From Candidatus Bathyarchaeota archaeon (GTDB taxonomy: Archaea; Thermoproteota; Bathyarchaeia; TCS64), in NCBI GenBank assembly GCA_043826455.1, contig JBDRQD010000057.1, forward strand, positions 1-64,000: a stretch of DNA of 64,000 bases. Direction: 5' to 3'. The notes beneath the pieces were generated by a model. The model worked only from the letters and a program-made list of their open reading frames with translations. It had not been told where the DNA came from and ran no database searches. Shown here in pieces: positions 55,429 through 64,000 of this stretch. How positions within the stretch are numbered: position 1 is the stretch's first letter; every line of letters starts with the position of its first letter. Both the position numbers and the translations under genes were made by a program.

Positions 55429-56427
55429 TCAGAGGGCGGCGGCGACGGCCTCCGCAACCTCCATGGTCCGGTTTTTTCCGCCCAGGTCGGGGGTCCTAAC
55501 CCTGCCCTCCTTTAGGACCTTGAGGACCGCTGCCTCAAGCATCTCGGCTGCACCGGTTTCGCCCAGCCACTCCAGCATCATGGCGGCGCTGAGGATGGTG
55601 GCCACCGGGTTGGCGACGCCCTTTCCGGCGATGTCCGGGGCCGAGCCGTGGACTGGCTCGAAGATGGCCATCTCGTCCCCCACGTTTCCGCTGGGGGCTA
55701 GACCCAGGCCGCCTACGAGGCCGGCGGTCTCGTCGCTGAGGATGTCGCCGAACATGTTGGTGGTGACTATGACGTCGAACTGCTCTGGGGCCAGGACCAG
55801 CTTCATGGCGCAGGCGTCCACTATCTGCTCATCGTACCTGACGCGGGGGTACTCCTTGGCTACGGCTCTGGCGGCCTCCAGGAACACGTCGTCTGTGTAG
55901 TCCAGGACGTTGGCCTTGTGGACGGCGGTCACCTTCTTCCTGCCGTTCTTTACGGCGTACTCGAAGGCGTACCGGGTGATGCGCTCCGAGGCCTGGCTGG
56001 TGATTATCCTGAGGTTGACGCCGAAGTCGGGGCCCCTGTACCCCACCATCTTGTAGAGGCACTCGGTGTTCTCGCGGACGATCATGATGTCCACATTGGG
56101 TTTGAGGGCCGGGACTCCGGGGTACGCCTTGGCTGGCCGCAGGTTGGCGTAGAGGCCCAGGCTCTGTCGGAGGGGTAGTATGACTTCCTTGGCGGTGTTG
56201 CCGACGGCGGCGAAGAGGCACGCGTCCGCTGCCTTGACTCCCTTCACGGTTTCAGGGGGTAGGGCCACGCCGGTCCTCGCCTTGTACTCGTCCCCCGCCC
56301 ACAGGGTGCTGAACTCGAATTTGAGGCCCGTCTTCTCGGCCAGGGCCTCCAGGACCTTGACGGTGGCCGCCATGACCTCGGTGCCTATGCCGTCCCCGGG
56401 TATGGTCGCTATCTTGTAGTTTGCCAA
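55429..56427 (-). CDS. leuB: 3-isopropylmalate dehydrogenase family
   Basis: [51 protein letters not shown]. Confidence 0.9.
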   Translation of the reverse strand: MANYKIATIPGDGIGTEVMAATVKVLEALAEKTGLKFEFSTLWAGDEYKARTGVALPPETVKGVKAADACLFAAVGNTAKEVILPLRQSLGLYANLRPAKAYPGVPALKPNVDIMIVRENTECLYKMVGYRGPDFGVNLRIITSQASERITRYAFEYAVKNGRKKVTAVHKANVLDYTDDVFLEAARAVAKEYPRVRYDEQIVDACAMKLVLAPEQFDVIVTTNMFGDILSDETAGLVGGLGLAPSGNVGDEMAIFEPVHGSAPDIAGKGVANPVATILSAAMMLEWLGETGAAEMLEAAVLKVLKEGRVRTPDLGGKNRTMEVAEAVAAAL

Positions 56428-56428
56428 T

Positions 56429-56923
56429 TCACCAATCCTCCGCTTTGCTGAGGTAAGGTGCTAGCCCGCCCGCATTTAATACTTCCACCATGAAGGGGGG
56501 CAGCGGGTTGAAACGGAGAGATGCACCGGTGGTGTGGTTTCTCACGACTCCCCCGGTCACGTCCACCTCCAGCGTGTGCCCCTTCTCCACGGCAGCGTGG
56601 ATGCCCGGGCACTCCAGGGCGGGCAGCCCTATGTTGATGCAGTTCCTGTAGAATATGCGGGCGAAGCTCTCGGCGAGGACGCTGCCCACCCCAGAGTGTT
56701 TGAGGGCGAGGGGCGCGTGCTCCCGGCTTGAGCCGCACCCGAAGTTGGCCCGGCCCACAACTACGTCTCCGTGCTGGACTCCTTTCCTGAACCCTGGGTC
56801 GTGGTCCTCGAAGGCGTGGAGCGCCATCTCCTCCGGGTCTGTGAGCTCCATGTAGCGGCCGGGGATAATGTAGTCGGTGTTGACGTCGTCTCCGTACCTC
56901 CACGCTTTTCCTTTGATCCTCAT
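56429..56923 (-). CDS. leuD: 3-isopropylmalate dehydratase small subunit
   Basis: YGDDVNTDYIIP, NFGCGSSREHA, SFARIFYRN. Confidence 0.93.
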   Translation of the reverse strand: MRIKGKAWRYGDDVNTDYIIPGRYMELTDPEEMALHAFEDHDPGFRKGVQHGDVVVGRANFGCGSSREHAPLALKHSGVGSVLAESFARIFYRNCINIGLPALECPGIHAAVEKGHTLEVDVTGGVVRNHTTGASLRFNPLPPFMVEVLNAGGLAPYLSKAEDW

Positions 56924-58182
56924 CAGGTCACCTCCCTGGGGTCCATGATGCGGCCTGTGAGAGCTGAGGCGGCGGCCACGGCTGCGCTGCTGAGGTAGAC
57001 CTCAGCCTCGGGGCTGCCCTGGCGGCCCTTGAAGTTTCGGTTGCTGGTGGTTATGCCTCGCTCCCCCGGGGCGAGGATGCCTATGTGGCCTCCGAAGCAG
57101 GCGGCGCAGCTGGGGTTGCTGACGGTGGCGCCGGCGTCCACCAGGTCTGCTATGATTCCTTTCTCGAGGGCGTCTCTGTAGACGCCTCTGGAGGCTGGGA
57201 CCACCAGCAGCCGGACGCCGGGGTGTACCTGGCGTCCCTTGAGGATGCTGTGGGCGGCCTCCAGGTCTTCCAGCCTACCGTTGGTGCAGCTCCCTATGAA
57301 GCTCTGGTTGATCTTGATGTCTCCTAGTTCGGTGACGGGTTTGACGTTGTCCACGTTGTGGGGGCAGGCCACCTGGGGCTCCAAGCTGTTCACGTTTAGG
57401 TTTAACACGCTCCTGTAGTTGGCGCCTGGGTCAGCGTATATTGGGTTGAGCTCATCCTCTGTGCGTTCCTTCAGCCATCTGAGGGTTTTTTGGTCGGGCT
57501 CGCAGAGGCCCGTCTTTCCGCCCATCTCGATGGCCATGTTGCAGAGGGTCATGCGGCTGGAGACACTCATGTCTGCGACTGTCTCCCCGTGGAACTCCAG
57601 GGCCATGTAGGTTGCCCCGCTGACGCCGATCTCCTTGGCCACCCTGAGGATAACGTCCTTGCTGGTGACGTGCTCAGGCAGCCTTCCGCTGACCTCCACC
57701 TTGATGGTCTCGGGGACCTTGAGCCAGGTCTTGCCCTTGGCCAGGACGGCGCCCATGTCCGTGCTGCCCACGCCGGTGGCGAAGGCCCCGAAGGCGCCGT
57801 GGGTGCAGGTGTGGCTGTCGGCGCCGATGACCACCTGGCCGGGCTTTACGTGACCGTGCTCGGGGAGTACCTGGTGGCAGACGCCGCTGTTAACGTCGTA
57901 GAGGTGGGGGATGCCCTGCTCCTGGGCGAACTCTCGGATGGCTTTGTGGACGCGGGCGGAGTTGACGCTGCTGGGGGGCGCCACGTGGTCCAGGATGAGG
58001 ACGACCTTCTCGGGGTCCCACACCTTTTGTGTTCCTATGGCTTTCATGGCCTCGAAGGCGAGGACCGCAGTGATGTCTGGCATCATGGCCACATCGATCC
58101 GGGCCTTGACGAATTGGCCAGCCTTGGCTGTCGTCTGGCCTGAAGCCTTGGTGAGTATCTTCTCTGACAGTGTCTCTCCCAT
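56923..58182 (-). CDS. leuC: 3-isopropylmalate dehydratase large subunit
   Basis: GADSHTCT, IGSCTNGR, CAACFG, TSNRNFKGRQG. Confidence 0.94.
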   Translation of the reverse strand: MGETLSEKILTKASGQTTAKAGQFVKARIDVAMMPDITAVLAFEAMKAIGTQKVWDPEKVVLILDHVAPPSSVNSARVHKAIREFAQEQGIPHLYDVNSGVCHQVLPEHGHVKPGQVVIGADSHTCTHGAFGAFATGVGSTDMGAVLAKGKTWLKVPETIKVEVSGRLPEHVTSKDVILRVAKEIGVSGATYMALEFHGETVADMSVSSRMTLCNMAIEMGGKTGLCEPDQKTLRWLKERTEDELNPIYADPGANYRSVLNLNVNSLEPQVACPHNVDNVKPVTELGDIKINQSFIGSCTNGRLEDLEAAHSILKGRQVHPGVRLLVVPASRGVYRDALEKGIIADLVDAGATVSNPSCAACFGGHIGILAPGERGITTSNRNFKGRQGSPEAEVYLSSAAVAAASALTGRIMDPREVT

Positions 58183-58183
58183 C

Positions 58184-59688
58184 TCAGTTTCTCCTGTTCA
58201 TGCTGTGGTAGAGGTTGACTCCCTTCAGGTAGGCGTCCACGCTGGCCATGACTATGTCCGTGTCTTCGCCCCTGCTGGTGACCACCTTGTCTCCCTGCCT
58301 GAGCCTGACCTCCACGTTGACGGCGGCGTCTGTGCCGCCGGTGATGGCCTCCACCTGGTACAGCTCCAGGGTCACCTCCTCCTCGGGCTTGACTGCCTTG
58401 ATGACGGCGTTGAGGGTGGCGTCCACGGGGCCGTTGCCTGTGGCTGCCTCCATGTAGGTTTCGCCGTTGCGGGTGAGCTTGACCGAGGCGGTGGGGGTTA
58501 TCCTGTTGCCTGTGGTTACTATAAACTCGTCGAGGACCAGGGGTCTGTGCTGTTGGACGGCCATCACCTCTGTAGCGATGGCGTAGAGGTCGGTGTCGCT
58601 GAGGGTGAAGCCCCTGTCGCCAAGCTCCTTGACGCGCTGGTACACGGCCTCAAACTGGTCTCTGGTGGAGTCTAGGCCCATCTCGCCTAGGCTCTTGCTG
58701 AGGCCTGCGCTTCCGGCGTGTTTGCCTGAGACTATGCGTCTGGCTGCGCCGACGATGGCGGGGTCTATGCGCTCGTAGGTCGCTGGGTCCTTGAGGATGG
58801 CGTGGGTGTGGATGCCTGACTCGTGGGCGAAGGCGTTCTTGCCCACGATGGCCTTGTTGGGCTGGACGTGGACGCCTGTGACGCGGCTGACGGTCATGCT
58901 GGCCTGGGTGATGTGTCTGAGGTTGATGCCCGGCTCCACATCGTATAGGAGTTTTAAGGCTACGGCGAGCTCCTCGAGGCTGGCGTTTCCGGCACGTTCT
59001 CCTAGGCCGTTGACTGTTGCGTGGATGTGGATGGCTCCTGCGGCAATAGCGGAGAGGGTGTTTGCTACGGCGAGGCCGAAGTCGTTGTGGCAGTGGACGC
59101 CCAGGGTCATGTCTGGGTAGGCGTCGTGGATCTCCTTGTAGAAGGCGTGGCTTTTTTCTGGTGTTAGGGTGCCCACGGTGTCGCAGGGTGTGACTCTGTC
59201 GGCTCCGGCGTCGAGGGCGCGGCCGATGACCTGTTTGATGTAGCTCATCTCGGTGCGGGTTCCGTCCTCCAGGCAGACTTCGGCGGTGACGCCCCGGTCT
59301 TTGGCGTGCTGGACGACGTTGGTGGTTACTTCCAGCATCTCTGGCTGGGTTTTGCCCAGCTTCTTGTGGATGTGGAGCTCGCTTGTAGGGATTATTATGT
59401 TGACGCTGTCGGCTCCGGCGTCTATGGCTACGTCGATGTCCTGAATGACGCTGCGGGTGGCGCTGCAGATCTCTGCGTCGAGGCCTGCTTTGCTTATGAG
59501 TTTGACTGCTTCTTTTTCTCCGGGGCTGACGGCGGCGAAGCCTGCCTCGATGACGGTTACGCCTAGCTGGTCTAGGCTTCTGGCTATCTGGAGCTTCTTG
59601 GTTGGTGTCAGGCTTATGCCGGGGGTTTGTTCTCCGTCGCGGAGGGTGGTGTCTAGGAACTGTACCTTTTGTGGGTACTCAGCTAATA
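58184..59688 (-). CDS. leuA: 2-isopropylmalate / citramalate synthase (start unresolved)
   Basis: The frame continues upstream of the ORF-track start (59338) through FLDTTLRDGEQTPG and IEAGF. Also HCHNDFGLA, GLGERAGNA, HESGIH and a regulatory domain with GNGPVDA. leuA versus cimA cannot be separated here. Confidence 0.88.
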
Positions 59689-59755
59689 AAACGATACCCC
59701 ATGTTCCTCACGTACCCTGTATCCGTCTGTTAAGCGGATTTAAGTTTAGCGTCTC

Positions 59756-59964
59756 ATGGGTGGGTGGGTTGTTCTGTGGGTGGGGTTGTGTGTTTGTTGT
59801 TGTGTGTGGGGTGGGGGGGGGGAGGGGGGTGTCGCCGCCGCCGTCATTTTTCCCCTGTTTTCGGGTTTTTTTAGGGTTTGGAGGCTTTTCCGGGGTTGTT
59901 TGGCGGCGGCGGAGGGTGGCGGTGTCCGCCGCGGTTTTGTGGGTTGGGTGTTTTGGGGTTGTTT
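59756..59964. repeat. Low-complexity G/T-skewed intergenic tract with a GCC/GGC inverted repeat
   Basis: Almost no A on the + strand. GCCGCCGCC (near 59834) can pair with GGCGGCGGC (near 59902). Confidence 0.6.
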
Positions 59965-61176
59965 TTATTCTGCTCCTAGGAGGTGGATCATGCTGAGGGC
60001 GTAGGCCTTGGTGGTGGCTACTATGTCATCGACCTTGATGCGCTCGTTGGGGGAGTGGACGCCCTCTCCGCCGATGCCGTAGCTGGCGAAGGGTTTGCCG
60101 TGGCGGCGGACGAACCAGCCGTGGTCGCTGCTGTGGCTGCCGCCCACGGGTTTGGCGTTGTGTCCTAGGGTTTTGGCTGCCCGCTGTATGGCTTTGACGA
60201 GGGGGGTGTCGGCGGGGGCCACGGAGACTAGGTTTCCCTGCTCAACCCTGTAATCGATATCTAGTGCTGGGTTGCTCTTCTTGGCTCGTTTGATAGCGTC
60301 CGCATACTCCTTGTCTATCTGTTTCTCGGTCTCGCCTGGGGTGTACCTGCGGTCCACGTATATCTCGCAGTGATCCGGGACGTTGTTGTTGGCCACGTAG
60401 CCGTGGACGCGGTTTATGCTGAACCTTGACTTCATCACGGAGTCTGTGCCGGGCAGGTGGTAGGCCCTGGCGTTGACTTGGTCGGCCAGCCTCTGGAGCT
60501 CAGTGATGAGGGCGGCTCCGTGGACGACTGCGTTGACGCCTTCCTCCAGCTGGGCCGTGTGGGCGCTGCGGCCCTTCACTGTCAGGGTTAGGCCCCGTGA
60601 GCCGTTGGCGGCTATGCCTATCTGGTCGGGTTTTCCTCCGTGGGCGTAGTAGAGGTAGTCTACGCCTTCGCCGTAGCCCCTGTTGAGGACCTCCTGGAAC
60701 CCGTATCGGCCTCCCTTCTCCTCGTCGCCCACGTGGGTGAACACGATGTCGCCTTTGAGTTGAACTCCTAGCTCCTTGAGGGTCCTGTACGCCATTGTGA
60801 GGCCGCATGTGGCCACCTTGTTGTCCTGGGCGCCCCTGCCCCAGAGGTAGCCTTCGGCGATCTCTCCACTGAAGGGTGGGTGCTTCCAGGTGGATAGGTC
60901 GCCAGCGGGCACGACGTCGATGTGGCTGTACATCATTACCTTGGGTCCTCCGCCGGTACCCGTGTGCTTGGCCACGACATTGACTCGGCCCTGTGAGGGC
61001 TCTACGAGTTCTACTTCCAGGCCATCTCTGGTGAGTTCCTTCTCCATCAACGCACAGATCTCGGCCTCTTCACCTGTGACGCTTCTGGTCTGGATGAGCC
61101 TCTGCATGAAGGAGATGATCTCATCACGCTCTGATTCAATATAACTCATTACTCTCTGTTCTGCTGACAATGACAA
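59965..61176 (-). CDS. M20 ArgE/DapE-family deacylase
   Basis: YSHIDVVP, WGRGAQDNK, GDEEKGG, VHSPNE. Confidence 0.9.
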   Translation of the reverse strand: MSLSAEQRVMSYIESERDEIISFMQRLIQTRSVTGEEAEICALMEKELTRDGLEVELVEPSQGRVNVVAKHTGTGGGPKVMMYSHIDVVPAGDLSTWKHPPFSGEIAEGYLWGRGAQDNKVATCGLTMAYRTLKELGVQLKGDIVFTHVGDEEKGGRYGFQEVLNRGYGEGVDYLYYAHGGKPDQIGIAANGSRGLTLTVKGRSAHTAQLEEGVNAVVHGAALITELQRLADQVNARAYHLPGTDSVMKSRFSINRVHGYVANNNVPDHCEIYVDRRYTPGETEKQIDKEYADAIKRAKKSNPALDIDYRVEQGNLVSVAPADTPLVKAIQRAAKTLGHNAKPVGGSHSSDHGWFVRRHGKPFASYGIGGEGVHSPNERIKVDDIVATTKAYALSMIHLLGAE

Positions 61177-61389
61177 TCAGTAGTTTTCATGATTCGATGT
61201 AATTTAAAACAGATGCTATTATGGTTCAGTGCAGATGCTAGTGGAAACTGGAAGGCATCCGTCTAACCTCATTAAATTAAATGAGACAAAAAAGGAGAAA
61301 AGACACCTTTATTTATTATTTTATATTAAAGCATATTATAATTCTAAACAATTAAATAAGTATAAAACAAGTATAATGAGGAACCTGCG

Positions 61390-62616
61390 ATATCATCCAT
61401 TTTTACAGGGAGCACCATTAAGATATTACATGTTGACGATGAGAACGATCATCTATTATTTACCAAGAGGTTCTTGGAAAGTCTTGATAAAGAAATTAAG
61501 GTTGTATCTATTAATTCGTCCTCAGAGGCATTAAAAGCAGTAAAGGATGATGACTTTGATTGTGTTGTATCAGATTACGTTATGCCGTCAATGAATGGAA
61601 TTGATCTGGCTCGAAAAATAAGGGAGTTTAACTCCATCCCTTTCATTCTGTACACAGGGCAGGGAAGCGAGGAAGTGGCTGAGAGCGCCTACAAGGTCGG
61701 AGTGGACGACTATATCCGCAAAGAGGTGGAGCCCAGCCACTTTCAAGTGCTCCTACACAGAATAAGGAACATTATGGAGAAAAAGTGGTTAGAGGAACTA
61801 TACAGGTGTGTAACCGAGGACACCTCTAACCCTATTACAATTACCTACAACACAACACGCGTTTATGCCAATGAAGCCTTTGCCGAGTTAGTGGGCGTCA
61901 AAGACGTATCAACTCTATTGGGTAAAGACGCCTTGAATAGGATACACCCTGATGATAGAGAGATGGTGAAAATGGCGCTGCTAGGAGACCAGAGCTCCTT
62001 TAGACTAAGGTACAGGGTTTTAAGGGAAGACGGCAGTAATAGAGTCGTAGAGAACTCTTCAAGCAGAATAGACATAAGGGATAAGCAGGTTACTGTAAAC
62101 TTCCTACGAGATATTACCGAGCGTCAAATATATCTTGAGAGACTGATGGCCCTCCACAGGCACGCAACAGAGCTTAACTTGGCTGATTCTGAGGACGACG
62201 TCGCCAGAATCACATTCAACATAGTTCAGAGTGTGTTAGGTTTTGATAGAGGAAGCTTTTCAGTGGTAGTCGTTAACAAACTCGTCCACATACTAGTTGA
62301 AGGCGTTGAACTCGGCTACGTTTTCAAGCAGCCCTTAGACGGCCCTGGGATAACGGTGAGGGCCCTTAAGACAGGTAAGACTCAGTTGGTGCCATACACT
62401 TCAAAGGACCCTGACTTCGTCCAACCTAATGAAGGCGAGGTCTCACTGTCCGAGTTGGCGGTCCCAATTTTGTTTAGAGGCGAGCCACTCGGAGTCATCA
62501 ACCTGGAAAGCCTGAGAGCAGACGACTTTGATCAACAAGATGCTATTCTCGTTGAAACCCTTGCTCTCCACGTGGGCTCAACCCTGCACCGCCTTAGGAC
62601 ACACCCAGTAAAGTAA
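61390..62616 (+). CDS. REC-PAS-GAF signalling protein, AT-rich (start unresolved)
   Basis: The in-frame upstream IKILHVDDE completes the receiver domain. Also VSDYVMP, YTGQGSEE, PAS IHPDD and GAF SELAVPI...GVINLES. There is no kinase domain. Confidence 0.85.
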   Translation: MSSIFTGSTIKILHVDDENDHLLFTKRFLESLDKEIKVVSINSSSEALKAVKDDDFDCVVSDYVMPSMNGIDLARKIREFNSIPFILYTGQGSEEVAESAYKVGVDDYIRKEVEPSHFQVLLHRIRNIMEKKWLEELYRCVTEDTSNPITITYNTTRVYANEAFAELVGVKDVSTLLGKDALNRIHPDDREMVKMALLGDQSSFRLRYRVLREDGSNRVVENSSSRIDIRDKQVTVNFLRDITERQIYLERLMALHRHATELNLADSEDDVARITFNIVQSVLGFDRGSFSVVVVNKLVHILVEGVELGYVFKQPLDGPGITVRALKTGKTQLVPYTSKDPDFVQPNEGEVSLSELAVPILFRGEPLGVINLESLRADDFDQQDAILVETLALHVGSTLHRLRTHPVK

Positions 62617-62681
62617 CTCGGATATCAACTATTATCTTTGCAGACGCTTAGCTGTGTTTATTTTAACTCCTTCAAATGGTT

Positions 62682-63575
62682 TCAGGCCAGGCCCAGCAAC
62701 AATGCAATATTAAGCCCAGCAAGTAGAACGAAGAGAGACGAGACATTAACTCTTGTGAACAGTCTAGCGTGCGAATGACTGGCATTTAGCAACAAGACGC
62801 AAGCAAGACTGGACGCAACCGGAACAAGAGAGATGGATGGCAGCAACCAGGATACCCCTGTGACATCGGGAACGAGATAGAAAAATGAGACTGAGGCAGC
62901 GACCGAGGAAACCAGCACCAGCATGTACGAGTACCGTCTCCCAATCAACCCCACCAGGGTCCTCTTACCCAGAGCCTGATCGCTTTCAAGGTCAGGCATC
63001 TGCAGACAGAGACTCAGAACGAACCCGTAGAGCACTAGGGGAGCCGAGAACAGCAGAAAGGCGCCGTCAACCGCCCCACTAGCCACGATGTAGCCAACGG
63101 CGGGCACGCAGAACCCGGTGCCAACAGCTATGGTTACCTCTCCGAGCCTCCGGGAGTGAAGTCTGACGGGGGGAGCCGAGTACAGCCACCCCAAGACGTT
63201 GAACAATAAGACTACCACAAGCAGATGCCACATTGAACCCATCAAAACCATGGCCGAAGCGCACAGCAAAGATAATACTGAGAACCCGACTGCAACGAGA
63301 AACGCTGAATCCCTCAGCTCAGGGTGCTCTATGAACAGGTTGACGCTGCCGAAAGGCTTGAAAGGGGCACGCCTATCGATCTCCACGTCATAGTAGTCGT
63401 TGTTGTAGTGAGTCGAGAGGTCCATAAAGAGCACAACAAGGTAACCCAGGGCGAACCCAGTCCAAGAGACTCTGCCACCCAGGTTCAAGGAAAACAACAC
63501 ACCCACTAGGTACCCGAGGAAGCCCCCAGCCACAATGTGGGGGCGGACAACCTTCAAAAGCCTCAGGTCAACCAA
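62682..63575 (-). CDS. UbiA/MenA-family prenyltransferase
   Basis: NDYYDVEID, YSAPP, PDLESDQALGKRTL and multiple TM helices. Confidence 0.9.
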   Translation of the reverse strand: MVDLRLLKVVRPHIVAGGFLGYLVGVLFSLNLGGRVSWTGFALGYLVVLFMDLSTHYNNDYYDVEIDRRAPFKPFGSVNLFIEHPELRDSAFLVAVGFSVLSLLCASAMVLMGSMWHLLVVVLLFNVLGWLYSAPPVRLHSRRLGEVTIAVGTGFCVPAVGYIVASGAVDGAFLLFSAPLVLYGFVLSLCLQMPDLESDQALGKRTLVGLIGRRYSYMLVLVSSVAASVSFFYLVPDVTGVSWLLPSISLVPVASSLACVLLLNASHSHARLFTRVNVSSLFVLLAGLNIALLLGLA

Positions 63576-63628
63576 GGAGCGCCACCATCCTCAAACTACT
63601 TTAATACTGATACCCGTTTGCCTGTATT

Positions 63629-64000
63629 ATGCCCTTTGACTCCGTTAAAGCCTACCTGGACTTAACCAGGCTCCACTTCTTCATAGTCTGGCCCCTCCTC
63701 TTCTGCTCGGGCGTCTTCCTCAGCTTTATCCTGTATGGCGGGTTCTCTTGGCTACTTGTCGCGAAAGCCGCCTTGATCGCGTTGTTCGGCTTTGAGGCCG
63801 GTTTCGTCCTCAATGACATCGTTGACGCCGATCTGGACCGGCTGGACGTCGACCATAAGCTCACCCGGTACTGGAGGCCCTTCGGCTCCAGGCCCATATC
63901 TTCGGGTAGCGTCACGCCAAGACAAGCACATGTCCTGTTTCTGGTCCTCTTCGCGGCGGCCTCCGCCCTAATATTCACTCTCCCTTACCCTAACTCGGTC
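63629..64000 (+). CDS. UbiA-family prenyltransferase (partial, runs off the window)
   Basis: Manual translation MPFDSVKAYLDLTRLHFF...VLNDIVDADLD...RPISSG. Confidence 0.85.
   Translation, partial: MPFDSVKAYLDLTRLHFFIVWPLLFCSGVFLSFILYGGFSWLLVAKAALIALFGFEAGFVLNDIVDADLDRLDVDHKLTRYWRPFGSRPISSGSVTPRQAHVLFLVLFAAASALIFTLPYPNSV

Noticed and set aside
139..63978. Many long overlapping ORFs in the track (e.g. 139-753, 868-1530, 1836-2834, 14279-15280, 51859-52884)
   Set aside because: They are alternative-frame or antisense shadows of well-supported genes, as expected with GC-rich codon use. They have Arg/Gly/Pro-rich translations and no motifs.
1..64000. CRISPR array, integrase, transposase, rRNA
   Set aside because: No regularly spaced repeats, recombinase or transposase motifs, or rRNA signatures were seen.

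Overview
A 64 kb archaeal chromosomal window, mostly GC-rich. TFB, RadA, Hjc, aIF1/SUI1, two thermosome subunits, Lhr and a PAC2 protein identify it as archaeal. Gene content and frequent TTG/GTG starts suggest a TACK-type lineage such as Bathyarchaeia, which is an inference. It carries core genes (tRNA-Gln, eno, argG, leuACDB, trx/trxB, Lon-like protease, PolX), many peptidases and several small AT-rich accessory inserts. The main candidate novelties are: (i) a divergent cluster encoding a PLP enzyme, a MurL-like PP-loop protein, a Ddl-like ATP-grasp ligase and a GNAT, in an ~8 kb segment bracketed by two inverted, diverged copies of a ~330 nt non-coding element; (ii) an unassigned ~200 nt structured RNA candidate with its own TATA box and T-tract; (iii) a Cys-rich PadR regulator with a twin palindromic operator facing arsM and a reductive dehalogenase-like gene; (iv) a tandem-repeat operator shared by the thermosome genes and their neighbouring regulator; and (v) three single-gene insertions flanked by duplicated 3' ends of host genes. 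No CRISPR array, rRNA, integrase or transposase was seen. All family calls come from motif recognition by eye; no database search was run.
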